From Craspedostauros australis (lineage: Eukaryota): a stretch of DNA of 64,000 nt. Positions 33,254 to 45,730 of this stretch are shown here, piece after piece (position 1 is the first letter of the stretch; each line of letters begins with the position of its first letter). The stretch is taken from NCBI GenBank assembly GCA_030167865.1, contig JALAGF010006287.1, positions 62,001 to 126,000 of the forward strand, in the 5' to 3' direction. The translations under genes were made by a program, and so were the position numbers. The notes beneath the pieces are model-generated. The model ran no database searches and had not been told where the DNA came from. It saw nothing but the letters and a program-made list of their open reading frames with translations.

Positions 33254-35532
33254 GGCGTTCACGGTTAAGGCGTGGGCAGGAAGAGACGTCCAGCAATGGC
33301 TCGAATGGAACACCATCTCGAATGCTCAGTCGTTGAGAGGATCGTGATCTGATGGTTGATCACCCCGCTTGAGATTGATGGTCTCCCCAATCATTCTCAT
33401 CGCACATTTGCTATTGATGAATGGATTGATAACCGAAACGAGTGGATGGTACGGATGGTACATGGAGATGCTACGTGCGCGTCTATCCCCATCACCATCA
33501 CCTGCCTCGGAAGGTCTCTATTCTTCGACCAGAACATAGCAAGCACTTGCAGGGTCTAACATATACATAAACAGCATTACCACACTAATTACTTGACCAT
33601 ACCAGAGTATGCGACACTAGTTTTATGTGTACCCTTTCGTTGTTCACCTCCGACTACTTGTGCGATAGGAGCCCGATCAGTGAGTCGACTATTAGCTCAA
33701 ACTAGCATTCTCATTAGTTGTCGAAATTCCCCGTAGTCCTAAAAGTAACGTGCTCCTGTAACGCTCAGGAGTGATCGATCATGCGCTTGCCACGTTAACG
33801 GTAGGGGGGTATTTGTTGTTTCTGTACTCTATTCTGGTTTAGTCCCGTACAATCGGGAATTACTGATGTCACACATTTCGACAATTAGTCGTGTTAAAAT
33901 TTAGTCTAGTTAGTCAACTGCCCAGCTGCTCAGAATGTTTGAGCGGGATTGAAGCGTGACTAGATGTCGGTGGGATGGGGTGCCACGGGGTCCACCCCAC
34001 GAATCATGCTCGACTTAGGACGAAATCGCTCGTCTGACCAATTTGGGGATTGAGCGATCGTGCCATCCCACACCACTTATGAGTGTTATTAGTATTATGC
34101 TGTATTCCGCACAGCTCTCTCTCGTGTTCCACCTTAGTTGTGCATATGAACTGTATCCTGAACCAACACGAACCATGAAATGGTCACATTACGAGCGAAT
34201 AGCTCGACGAGGAACGAAAATGAAGATGTACCAAGGTATTGGGTACCAGATACAAGGTACCATGAAACAAGAACGATACTGTGAGATAGCTACTGATCCA
34301 AACAAGTTGAACCTGAAGAGATGTAAAGATCCTATCCGATGCATGCAGAACAGAGGAATGCAAGAGCAGAGGCTTGGACATGAACAGAGGTCAGAGAGTA
34401 AGCTCACAACTCTTAAGTTTGTAATAACATTCGAGTTCCCAACAGACTTCCAGTGAACGCCACCTTCTCGACCTGATCAATTGCAGAAGGACGCGTTCTC
34501 CCCTATGTTACCACCAATTCCTCAAGTCTAACAGGAGAGGTTTCAGAGAGAAACGAAAGATGATCAGAGGAGAGGAATGGAGATTGTCCCAAGATGAGAA
34601 GACTGGGAGCAATCGTCCGAGCTCTTGTGTGAAACATGGAGATGGCGATCTGACCGAATGAAGCGAGTCGGGATTGCCTGTGAACCAACGCTGTCTACGC
34701 CAATGAAACTATTGGTAGAAGGCAGGAGATGAAATATCTGAGATGCATGATGAGATGCATGATGAGATGAACCAATACTGCAAGATGAGATGTACATGGA
34801 GTACATGCTGCATGACATGATGAAGCAGGAGGACAGCACTGCATGCGCAAGGGCAAGACTGTGTGCTACTGTGGATTATGTATGCTTTGGCAAATGGAAT
34901 TGAAAGAGATGAAGATGTTGTACTCACAGTTCCAACAATGCAATAACATGAATAGGTAGCCAGATACTACTACTAGAGACTGGGATACCCCGGATTTCCA
35001 ACATGCCTGTGCTGCCTTCGCAGGATCATTCGGATTGGTATCCATGCCGCTTCTTCTGAAGCTGTCCTCATTCTTTCTCTCTCTCTCTTTGCGCATTGCT
35101 GCATCTGCTCTCATCGTTGTTGGGGATCTGCGCAGTGCATTGCATTCTGCTGTGAAGTATGACAGTGTACGTAATTAGCATGGTGATAATGGTATATCTA
35201 GTGGTATCAGTATTCGTATGTAGAGTACATAGTATTGTGACATCGTTCCGCTTGTCTCTGCAGTTTGCTGAGAGTGGCAAAATGGACGTGCGCCTGTGCC
35301 TTGCTTTTGCTTTGCATTGGCGAGGATTGGTTGGCAAGGATTGGTTGACAGTTGGCTGGAATTCTGCGTTGCGGTTTTGTACTTGCCTTGGCTTTGCCTC
35401 GGATGCATGATGACGAAGCCGTCGTCACTCTTTGCCAAGGTTACACCCTCCCTCTCTCCCTTCCTTTCTGTTTTGTCCAGGCATTGCACTTCAGACTCAT
35501 CGATGGATCTGTGCGCCGCACCATGTGCGGAA

Positions 35533-36105
35533 TCATGGCATGACGAAGACGGTGAGCAACTGATCCCAGATGGACATTCCCGTCACCATCTCGCCGATGA
35601 AGAACGCCATAGCCGCAAGGATCGCCATGCGTCCCAGATTCAATTCCATTTCCAAATACGATGTCATCAGTGATTTTCTGTTGATGTTGCTTTGGGAGCT
35701 CTTCATCGGCAGATCCATCAACAGGACGGATGCCATCATAGTATGACTGTCTGTCGTGGTTGCGGTCTGCAAGATGTCTCGTGCGTACTCCTGCCGCGGG
35801 GCTTGCGCCGTGACTGCACCTGTGCTCGCACTGCTGCTGCTGAACGACGATGGCGGGTTGTTGAAATTGGGTGTGATTGGTGCGATGGCAACGGCAGGTA
35901 GCGCATTGGAGGTGCTGCTACTGCTCATGCTGTCGTCAATGATCTGAGGACGCTGGTTGCGACGCAATGCTCGTCCCAGCCGCCTTCGAATGCCGAAGGA
36001 TGGTCGGAACGCCGCAGCTGTGTTGTGCGATGGCATGACCGTGATGGCGATGATGATCAAGGAGCAGACGGAGAGGAGGGAGACGGTTGGCGTGCGGGTC
36101 ATCAT
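35533..36105 (-). CDS. LHC-like one-helix (OHP/HLIP/SEP-type) plastid protein
   Basis: Signal peptide plus AAAF-RP motif. C-terminal EMELNLGRMAILAAMAFFIGEMVTGMSIWDQL resembles the HLIP/OHP helix (E-x-x-N-G-R-x-A-M...E-x-x-T-G...Q). Confidence 0.75.
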   Translation of the reverse strand: MMTRTPTVSLLSVCSLIIIAITVMPSHNTAAAFRPSFGIRRRLGRALRRNQRPQIIDDSMSSSSTSNALPAVAIAPITPNFNNPPSSFSSSSASTGAVTAQAPRQEYARDILQTATTTDSHTMMASVLLMDLPMKSSQSNINRKSLMTSYLEMELNLGRMAILAAMAFFIGEMVTGMSIWDQLLTVFVMP

Positions 36106-39100
36106 GTTGCTTGCGTGAGTTGATGTGATGTGATGATGTTTGGTTGACGTTGATGTTGACGTTGATGTTGTGAAGTGGAGTGGAATGCAGTGCTTCAGCT
36201 TGATTTTATGACCTGATCGGCGATGCTCTGTTTGTTGTTCTTGTTGGTGATGTGATGTTGCGTGTGCGTTTGTGTGTGCGCATTGGGTGATGTGGTGATG
36301 CGACCAGCATCGTCGGCGATGCCAGACAGAACGTCGCCGTTGTGATGTGCTGTTCACACAGAGGGAGAAGGAAGGAAAAGACCCAAGACGCATCGTGCAC
36401 GAGCAACAAAGACCGTGATCGTGCGAAAAGTGCCCAAACAGAAAAGAAGAAGGAACGGATGAGAACCGAACAGAGATCTCATCTGTGACTTGTGTCAGTC
36501 ACCAGTTATTTTGATGGCACGAGGAACGCATCGTTGAGTGAAAAGGCTCCGCAACTTGTGTCCACCCTCCCTTACCGCAATTTGTGCCCACCAATGCTGT
36601 CCAGTAACAACACTTAGTCTCACAGCACAGGATGAATGTATCGAGGAATGGCCAGAGAGAAAATTGTGGATCAATGGATGTTGCGCTCTGTGTGGCACGG
36701 CGGAGAGATGAACAAGGGAGGGCAGACATGCGAGTGTGATGGAGAGAATGTTTGCGGTGATGGCCATGGGCGTTGAAGATACAGAATGATCATGACATAC
36801 GAGCCGAGCAGAGAAAAGGTTGCTGCCAACACGAATAGAGTCGAACACAGTGTCCTACTAGCGCATGTATTGTACATCGATAGCCATTGAGTTGTGGCAA
36901 ATCAAGCATGACTATGAAGCGCTCCGCGATGAAAGGGGAGATCCTGATACTGGTAGCTTGTTTATTTTAATATCCATGATACAAGTAGTGATGGGGGATG
37001 TGGGTATTGTGTGTGGGGGGAGTTGGATGGGGGTGGTAGACAGTCAAGGCGGTGTGTGAAATGCCAGGACCATCCTTGGAGAGATGTTGTGCAAGCACAA
37101 GGGATCCTCCCCGTGTCAAAAAGAAGTTAACAAGTGTGGGGCGATGCCCGACAATACTTTGTTACAAGTATTAGAACAGTTACTACACAAGATCAAAGCC
37201 AATAGGCGAAGAGAGATGGGTGTTGGAATGGTGCGCACGCACACATGCGAGGAGAGGAGTTGGTTGTTTGATGCGTTGCCAAAATTTGGAGCCAAAAAAC
37301 AGCTCACTCCCATCATCATCCTCCCAGATGTCTTTTCATTCTTTCTCTGTTCTCGCCAAACCAAGTCAACTTGTCCTTCTCGGAAACGCAATTGTGAGCA
37401 ATCTTCAGCCTCGCGATATCCGTGCTGGAAATGATCATCATGGTGATGTTAACGAAAGCAGCAATACTGATCGATTAGATGTACTAATACATAGGCATGT
37501 AGCAGCTCTCATGCGTGCGTCTGTGCTGCTGCGCTATGTTTCACGTGAGAGGAACACACACCAACACTCGAACGTCTGCACAGCTGAAACGCAATCACTC
37601 GACAGAGTCATCGACGTTCCTTGAGAAATCATGGACAGACGGAGCAGATGGCAAGGCCATGGCTGGATTGTGGAGAATGATGAACGATTCCACTCTACTC
37701 TACTCTCCAACAATGTCCAGTCCCCGTGGAGGGATGGGGAAGGAGGGAGTGGGTGTATGTGTGGGGGGTGGAGGGGGCCTGTTCAAAATGCACAGATGGT
37801 GGTCAAGAGTGAATGATACTCTCGTCCTGGCTCTTCGCCACGCCATCCTCACAAAGAGAGTGAAGGACAGCGATCTTCTCGCGGAATCCATCCGTGCTTC
37901 TACTTGTCATCACAGGTGATGGTGGTTGCTAATTTGAGTTGATCAAATTAGGATAGTACATATATAGAGATTCTATAAAAGTACAGTCATGGGTGTAGTA
38001 ATCACGCACACACACGAGGAGGATCGAGTTGCTTGGATCAGGGTTTCCACATGCTCTTTTCCAAAAAGTGACCAATCACAGAAACGTCCCATGCATCGCC
38101 CACATCTCAACTGCGTACAATTGTGCTTGAGTTGCGACTTTGCCGATCATTCCTTGGACCATGCACGTTGCCCATGTATCATAACATGCAAGACACATCA
38201 TGCATGACAACTGATACGCTATTCTATACAGTTTGAGTGCGCTATGTACTCACATAATATGCAGAATATGCGCGGTAGGGGACATGCCGTGACATGGAGA
38301 TGCGTTCCGACTTTCGGATTTCCAAGTGTGGGACCATGATGTTGTGTGGCATCGCATGGCAGGAGCTCATGGTACTATACAAGTAGAATGCCCAATTGAA
38401 TGATGAATGGTGGGATGGTGTTGAGCGATGCAGTTTGATTGGACTGAAGTGAACTGAACTGAACTTTCGGATTGTCTGACTTCATGCGCAGATCAAGGTG
38501 ATATGACCGACACAGCTAACGCAGTCCCATGGGTGTGGATCCTTCGGCTCCTGATTGTTCTGAATGCGTGACGCTATGGCACTATACTGTGCCCAACCCT
38601 TGCAGATGGCGTTGCAGAAAAAGCACTATCAGCGGCACAGCGCAATGATTGCGCCACCCTATTCGATTGTACTGCGGATCTCGACTCCATCTGCTCTTCT
38701 CTTCTATACTTCATGCTTGAATGAACAGGTGCGCCATCCTCCTTCATCATGTATCGAACATGTATGTAATACTGATCAACATGGACCTGAAGACCTTCTA
38801 TGTTGATTGCGCGCACGGACGATCCCATCCACAAGAACCCAGAGATGCTGGCGCGCACCAAAAAAGGGATAGCCTCGCACAAACCGGCTGGTTGGTTCAT
38901 GCAATACACGTCCATCGAACACAGTCGCCGCTCATCGCTATGGCTTGAGAAGGACACGGGGAGTGTGGAGTGGAGTGGTTCTATTACAAGTATTCTACAT
39001 GATACCAATACTGTTATGCTATTCTGGTACAAGCTATTGTGAGCATGGAGGTGTTGATTGGTCCGCGCCGCACACGATGAACAGCCATCCATGCAGCCAT

Positions 39101-39315
39101 CGATCCATCAGCCCAGTCAAACATCCGAACGCTGGCCATGATGGTCTCACGTGCTACGACAAGTGTTGTCGCTTCGTGGAGATCAGCATATGTTTGGCGT
39201 TCTAATGATTGGCTTGCTTCGGACGGTCGTCGATGTTGTGGGATGCTGTGGCATGTGGAAGGAGCAACCGCGTGCGCGTCGTTGGTCTTTGATCATGCAA
39301 GATTGCGGTTCACAA

Positions 39316-40191
39316 TCACTGTGCGGAGCCCGCCTTGGCGATGTATGATAGCTTGGGGTACGACTCCTCCAGGTAGGCGTTGCCCTTCTTCTGGATCAGC
39401 GCCTGGTTGGGGCCGCGACCCTGCGGTGCGCCCTCTCCGTACCCAGCGTACAGCGTGTCGACGATGTCCATGCCCTCGATGACTTGACCGATGGGGGAGA
39501 AGCCCTGTCGGTCGAGGAAGGCGTTGCCTTGATCGCGCGTGTTGATGAAGATCTGGCTCGTGCGCGTGTTGGGGCCTGCGGTGGCAAAGACCACGGTTCC
39601 TCGTGCGTTGGTGACCTTGACCGGATCATCGGGAAGGCTGGCCGATCGCCACTTGGCTTGCACGTTGGGATCGCCGTTGATGCCGAACTGGGCGATGAAG
39701 CCTGGCAGGACGCGGAAGAATCGACATCCGTCCCAGAAGCCTTGATCCGTCAGATCGGTGAATCGCTGCACGCCGCGTGGTGCCCAGTCGGGTCGCATTT
39801 GGATCTTGACGCTTCCCGTCTTGCCGACTTCGCCATCCAGGTTGGCGATTTGGAACTCGATGATGCGGGCGCCCTCGATGCCTTCATCTGCTGCCAGCGT
39901 GGGTGACGCCAACGTCGTGGCGGCAGTGGCTCCGAACAAAACGCGTCTGACGCCACGGAAGAATTCGCGACGTCGCGATCCTCTTGCTGCCGACAGTGCT
40001 GTTGACGATGTTGACGAAGACGTCGATGTTGAGGATGATGATGGTTTCTGCGTGATCTGGATTGACCTTATTCTCGTTGCTGATGTGCTGGTGGCTGTGA
40101 ATGCAGTTGCGCTGTGCGATGCGAGGGTGATGAATGCCACGCACAGCAGGCATGCAGCGATGAAGCGGTTCGATCGGGATGCAGAGGTCAT
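39316..40191 (-). CDS. Cyclophilin-type peptidyl-prolyl isomerase, probably thylakoid lumen
   Basis: Motifs [63 protein letters not shown]. Presequence: signal, ATAF, Ser/Thr-rich transit, RR motif, hydrophobic stretch. Confidence 0.95.
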   Translation of the reverse strand: MTSASRSNRFIAACLLCVAFITLASHSATAFTATSTSATRIRSIQITQKPSSSSTSTSSSTSSTALSAARGSRRREFFRGVRRVLFGATAATTLASPTLAADEGIEGARIIEFQIANLDGEVGKTGSVKIQMRPDWAPRGVQRFTDLTDQGFWDGCRFFRVLPGFIAQFGINGDPNVQAKWRSASLPDDPVKVTNARGTVVFATAGPNTRTSQIFINTRDQGNAFLDRQGFSPIGQVIEGMDIVDTLYAGYGEGAPQGRGPNQALIQKKGNAYLEESYPKLSYIAKAGSAQ

Positions 40192-41545
40192 GTTGATTGA
40201 GCGGGCTGTTGTAGTATTCAGTGTGATGGCTGCGGGTTGTGCTTGGTTTCTGTTTCGAATGCGGGTGGAGTGGAGTGGAGCGGAGCAGAGCAAGAATAGT
40301 ACGTCGTGTGTGCGTGAAAGAACAACAAGATTCGGGATGAGATTGTGAGTGCGGAGGATGCGTGCTAATACTCGACGAGAAACGTGTGTTCGTTGGCAGT
40401 AGATCTCAGCACGACAGATCGTCCCAACGTTCCTCTTTTTCTCAACTGCATCTTCCTCCCTGCCGGATGCGACCTCAGAAGATCCGGCGCATCATCGACA
40501 CCATCGGTGGTTGCAGTGACACCTCGTTCGGATGGAACAAAAGTGGCCATTGGACGAGTACTTTGCGGCAGAGTATGGCATTGGCACACGCTTCTGACAC
40601 CAGATTTCGTGTGACACAGTTCTGATTCTTCGCATTCTCGAAGCGAGGAAGAGACAGAGAAAGATGTGTGGCTCAGCAACATCCGTCAGCTTCTGTGGCT
40701 GACACCATTCCGAAGATTCACTCACCTCCTCTCGTTGATGCGGTCTGCTCATTTGTGTGCGTTGTGGCCATTTTGTTGGCAGCGCGGCTGTGTGTCATTC
40801 GTTCGCGAAACAGTTCATCACAATCACTCGCGCAGAAGCTCGAATCGCCGTCTCTGCGTCAGCGTGATCGCCGCTTGGCGTGTTGCTTTGTGATGTCTGT
40901 TCAAATGGCGATCATTGTTTTCTGGCGATGTTCGCTGGATGGGACAAGATGATTGGCTGAGATCCAGCGGGGCCATACCATTTTCTGTCGCAAATCCGGG
41001 ACGTATCGACCCATACGACCAAACAATGAGAAATACCAGCATGCACGACTTGGATTCATCACGAGATAGAGGTTATATTGACGTTAACTATATTCTTATT
41101 GTGATATTTGTTTCTCCGAAGTTCTCTTTGCTACTGCGATGACGGTGTTGTCTGTCTTCTCTCGCGGTTGTGCCTGGCTGCGTCCAAGCTCTGCTTGTTT
41201 CGGTCGGAAAGTCGCATGTGTTGGAGGCCACGAAGGAAAGCAAGAACAGGAACAGCGCAGATGTGTTGGAAGCAACTGCAGAAACACACACAAACCAAAA
41301 GGGAAGGTGGCAGAAAGGGACAGAAGCTGAGAGAAAAGCGGAACCGATTGATTCGTTGCGACGGACACCACTCCTATACTCTGGAGAGAGAGAGTCAACG
41401 GCAAAAGGTTGTTGAGAACCGAAAATTGGAGAAAGGAGCTGCTCTGCTGAACGCAGTATTGTCGGAGCGCTCCACGAGTGTACGTACGGTCACGGCAGAG
41501 AGTGGAGAGTCGAGAGTGCAAAGCGTGGGGCAGTCGAAGCAGTTG

Positions 41546-43942
41546 ATGATGGCAGCCTTCCAAAGGCGCGTAATCAGGCGAGGGAAGCGGCGGTGGTGGA
41601 TCAGAAGCACATTGCTGGTGGCTGCGCTGGGGGCAGTGCATTTGTTGGTGGATTCCTACTCTGCCACTCGGCACGCCACCACGCTAGCCGAATACGGTCA
41701 GCATTCCGTCGCGGCATCATCAGCTTCGTCGACTGAGACGGTACCATCAGCAACACAAATCCATGCGGATTTGTTGGGAGCTCGTGAGGCGTTGGAGGGT
41801 GAGAGAGTACAGCAGGATGATCATGCGCACATTCGCAACCCGTCATCGCAGAGCTCGTTGACGCAGAGCGCATCGGCGCAGACCCACCCTCCTCCGACAG
41901 TTCAGGCCAAGAGGACGCCCACCACCGCGAGGGTCTTTGGGAACACACCGGGCAAGGACTGGCCGAAGATCATTGATGACTTCATCGACATCTATCGCAA
42001 ATCCGCGAACTCATCTATCCACGTTCACACGCAATCGTGGAATAGGTTCGTTGCGCATGAAATGGACACGAGGCCCGATGATCAAGTCAATTCTGATCAG
42101 GAGGAGGCCAACATGCTCGAGAGATTTCCGTATCTGCAGCAGCTCCTTCAAGCCACATCTCAGCCGACCAACGGGACGAACACAGCCAGGTCGATAGAAC
42201 CATTGATCTGGGACAAGGAGGAGGCCATCGATGACTACTTCCAAACCATCGCCGACCGATGTTCGCGGTCGTTCAACGCTCTCGAGGATGAAACCTTCAT
42301 GAAGAAATGTTGGGGGACGATCGCGGAGTTGGTCCATGGACCTCGTTGCACCCTGCGGTTGGATTCGCGGTATGTCTGCGATGGTCCGCGCGGTGGGGAG
42401 CAATCCGAAGGAAATTCCGCTTCAGGCACCTCCGAAGAAGCAGCATCATCAGCCTCAGCTGCGTCTGCATCTGGTGCCGAGCCAATCCGGCAGTATACGG
42501 CCGAGCAAATCATTCAGCAGCACTTCACCGAAGCCACTTTGAACGTCGTCATCATCGGCGCCGGACCTGTCGGATTGCAGCTTGCAAACATCCTCAACCA
42601 TGCCAAGACGAGGAATTCCATTCGCATCCTCGTCTTCGAGAACCGGGTGGAGCACCCCGGTCGCAAGATGCCGTACTCGCGAGATTGGTGCACCTACATT
42701 TCGTTCGAAGCCTTCCATAGAGGCGACCGACGGATCGTGAGGTACTTCGATCAGATCATCCGACGCCAAAACGAGAAGGAGACGACCGATAATGTGACAT
42801 TCACCAGGTTTCTCCCGACGACGGACAGCATTTTTCGGGACGGAGGTGCTCGACATGTCAACCTCCCACTCATGATCATTGAGACGGTCTTGCTCATGTC
42901 GAATCGTGACCTGGGCGTCAAGTTCCTGTACGAAGACATCAGGACGCACCGTCATCTTCTGGAAGCAGTGCCCAATCTCGTGGTATTCGACGCATCGGGC
43001 CACCGGCTCGCGAAGCTGGAAAGGAGCAACGTCCATCCCGACACGCCCGTCTCATCATTCACTCCTGGTCCGATGATTCCGAACGGGGAAACCCCACCCC
43101 TCACTGTGACCGATTGGTCGCCGGACGAAGCTGTCGTGGAGATTCCCGAAGACGGATATCCGTGGTACTTCATAGACTGGTCCGAGTATGATCCTCTCAA
43201 GGACCTCAATTTCTTGACGAAGGTGGCGACGAAAACAACAGCGCAGGGCACAGTCATGTACCCTGTGACACCGCAAGGTGCAGCATTCAGGCTTCGGATG
43301 ATGGAGTTCGAGGACTTCAGATACGCGAGGCGGCTGAGAGGGATGTTCAGCGGGTGGCATACGTACATGAAAGAGTTGATGCAGTCGTCGCATCCCCTTT
43401 GCAGTGAGAAGTTTTGTGACCAAGTGCAAGGGATCAACTGTGATGATTACTGTGCTCTATCCTACGGGTGGGATTCATCCGTCGGCTACCGTCCGGACAT
43501 CTTCAAGGCTATCAAAGATACCTGGCCGTACTTCTCCACGATGCTCGTCACGCTCTCACTCAGCGCCGACCAGCATGATATCCTTGATTTCATATACCGA
43601 GCGTTCAGCACCAAGAGCATGGCAGTCCGGAATTTGCCGATCGCTTCCATGCTCCCCAAGAAAGCATTCCGGAGGAACAACATGATCTACACGCTGATAT
43701 TCCTCGGAAGCCACGCCGGCCTCACTTTCCCCGCGGCCAGCCTGTTCACCTACACCCCATACATCTACGCTGATGTGGTCGTGCCGCTTACAGCGGAGAC
43801 AGGCGCTCGCATTGGGACTGCGCCCTTGCTGAGGATCGGCGACTCGTTGTCCACGGGTCACTCGAATCTTGGTTCTGGCTTGACCCAGCACATAGCGATC
43901 ATGGAGAAACTCGCCAGGGCGTTGGAGACGTTCAAGATCTGA
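41546..43942 (+). CDS. Membrane-anchored FAD-dependent oxidoreductase/monooxygenase-like protein
   Basis: Long intronless ORF (open from 41108; first plausible Met at 41546). Basic stretch plus hydrophobic anchor, Rossmann VVIIGAGPVGL...VFE, FDASG (DG-like) and RIGDS...LGSG (GD-like). Confidence 0.75.
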   Translation: MMAAFQRRVIRRGKRRWWIRSTLLVAALGAVHLLVDSYSATRHATTLAEYGQHSVAASSASSTETVPSATQIHADLLGAREALEGERVQQDDHAHIRNPSSQSSLTQSASAQTHPPPTVQAKRTPTTARVFGNTPGKDWPKIIDDFIDIYRKSANSSIHVHTQSWNRFVAHEMDTRPDDQVNSDQEEANMLERFPYLQQLLQATSQPTNGTNTARSIEPLIWDKEEAIDDYFQTIADRCSRSFNALEDETFMKKCWGTIAELVHGPRCTLRLDSRYVCDGPRGGEQSEGNSASGTSEEAASSASAASASGAEPIRQYTAEQIIQQHFTEATLNVVIIGAGPVGLQLANILNHAKTRNSIRILVFENRVEHPGRKMPYSRDWCTYISFEAFHRGDRRIVRYFDQIIRRQNEKETTDNVTFTRFLPTTDSIFRDGGARHVNLPLMIIETVLLMSNRDLGVKFLYEDIRTHRHLLEAVPNLVVFDASGHRLAKLERSNVHPDTPVSSFTPGPMIPNGETPPLTVTDWSPDEAVVEIPEDGYPWYFIDWSEYDPLKDLNFLTKVATKTTAQGTVMYPVTPQGAAFRLRMMEFEDFRYARRLRGMFSGWHTYMKELMQSSHPLCSEKFCDQVQGINCDDYCALSYGWDSSVGYRPDIFKAIKDTWPYFSTMLVTLSLSADQHDILDFIYRAFSTKSMAVRNLPIASMLPKKAFRRNNMIYTLIFLGSHAGLTFPAASLFTYTPYIYADVVVPLTAETGARIGTAPLLRIGDSLSTGHSNLGSGLTQHIAIMEKLARALETFKI

Positions 43943-44392
43943 TCGAACGGCAGTGGTGCATGGTATTGCATGCCATGATGGCTTACTATATTGGCGCCCC
44001 TGGATGAGCGAGTCTTGTCAACTGGTACGATCCCGATCGATGATACGATGCCAGGTCATAGTGCAGCCCAAATTCGACAGCAACTTTTCCATCGAAAGAG
44101 AAAGACGATGAGTCGAGCCAGACCATCTATGGTTTTGATTCGTGGGCCGCTCGTGATGTCGAATCCTTGTTCTTCTGTTATCATTAAGCCATAGAGTGTG
44201 ATAGAGCAATCGTGCGCTCTTAAGGTGCATGTGCATGTCACTGCGAGTGCGCAAAAGATGATTCGGCAGCACACGAGTGAGTTTTGATAATAGAATAGAT
44301 CTCGCGATGCCTCCCTCTGTCGTTATCGATATGTGTGAGCGACATTGACACTTGTGATCGCACGGCTCCATGCAAAGGCCGTTGCGGCGAGG

Positions 44393-45676
44393 CTAGCTTC
44401 CAAGCCGGATGCGAGCATACTTGAGCTGCCGCTCCAAATTGGCTACCTCCAATGCCATCTTCTGAGTCTCTTGTTTGGACGTCTGCAACGCCTCGAATAC
44501 TTGGACATGTTGAGAGATGAAATCGAACCAGATGTCACGATTCTTGCAAATGTGTTGCTGTCCGATCATCAACGAAATGAGTTTAGTATCACCATCCAGT
44601 GCCAGCTTCTTGAGGATGCGCATACTCTTATTTTGCTTCGTCGCTGCTGCGATTGGATCGCGTCCCATCGCATTAATGTCATAGTAATCATCATATCGAA
44701 CAACATGGTTGACGGTGGCAAACGGCAGTTCCAATTTCTCCAGTTTGCCCGTGTATTTCAGCGAGTCGACAATCTTCGACACTCCGGTCTGGCCAATGTC
44801 CTGACTAGCGTGCTTGATTTTGAATGATAGCGACCTCAAGGACGGATTTGAGAGGATGAGGAGTAAGTTGCTCAGCCATGGTTCCCACTGGACGTCGGAA
44901 TTGACAGATACTTCTCGGATATGTTTGGCTTTCGACAGTGCCAACACCAAACTGGTGAATTCTGATTCGGCGACGCCTGTGGATGCTGTTGCTGGGAGGG
45001 TTAGCTTCGTCAGCCGAAGCGAAGACTGGAGAATCTTTGTCGCCAAAACGATGCCACCCCTTTCTGTCTTCACGACCATCTTTTTGAATTGGAATTCCTT
45101 GGTCGCACCATGATCTGGCAAGAGTAGCGATGAACTGACTGTGATGGTCGACCCATCAGTTTCCGTTGCCATGGAATACTCCACTGGCATCATGTGGCCG
45201 CAGCACGCGGCGAGCAAGAAGAATTCAGCCGTGGTCGATTTCAATTCAATGGTCTTTGTTTGTTCGAAAGTCATGAGCTGCATTAGACCAACGAGACATG
45301 CGACGTCTCTAGATGGTATGTCCGCGATGGGTTTTGTCGTCAACACTTGGACTTCGTCCACTTCGTACAGCACGTCAGAACTGAATTTCTTGGCGACTCT
45401 GTTGTAATTCCCATTGACGAGAATCAAAGATCCAACGGCGACCGAGTCATGCCGGCGAAGGAAGGCGCACACGTCGCTCCAGTAGCACTGGGCTTGCACG
45501 AGCTCCGCCCAATCCTTCGCCTCCAACGCCCACACGAAAGGAGGCTTCAGCTTTTGGCGCAGCATGATCGGATCCACCGCACCTTTGTTCCATTTCTTGG
45601 ATTCAGCCTTGAGGAACATGATCACGTCATTGATATCATTTGGCTCAGCCTTGAGGGCCGCATCTTCGCTAGTCAT
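44393..45676 (-). CDS. Hypothetical protein with degenerate leucine-rich (RNI-like) repeats and a C-terminal coiled coil
   Basis: 427-aa ORF with LxxLxL-like units: LTKLTL, IREVSV, LRSLSF, LEKLEL. Confidence 0.65.
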   Translation of the reverse strand: MTSEDAALKAEPNDINDVIMFLKAESKKWNKGAVDPIMLRQKLKPPFVWALEAKDWAELVQAQCYWSDVCAFLRRHDSVAVGSLILVNGNYNRVAKKFSSDVLYEVDEVQVLTTKPIADIPSRDVACLVGLMQLMTFEQTKTIELKSTTAEFFLLAACCGHMMPVEYSMATETDGSTITVSSSLLLPDHGATKEFQFKKMVVKTERGGIVLATKILQSSLRLTKLTLPATASTGVAESEFTSLVLALSKAKHIREVSVNSDVQWEPWLSNLLLILSNPSLRSLSFKIKHASQDIGQTGVSKIVDSLKYTGKLEKLELPFATVNHVVRYDDYYDINAMGRDPIAAATKQNKSMRILKKLALDGDTKLISLMIGQQHICKNRDIWFDFISQHVQVFEALQTSKQETQKMALEVANLERQLKYARIRLGS

Positions 45677-45730
45677 GACAGGTTCTGGGTTGAGCGCGGT
45701 CGAGTGCGGTCCAGTGCGGTTGCGTGCGGT

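Noticed and set aside
37929..37951. 9-bp hairpin CTAATTTGA/TCAAATTAG as a Helitron end or terminator
   Set aside because: AT-rich, no properly placed CTAG, and plausible by chance.
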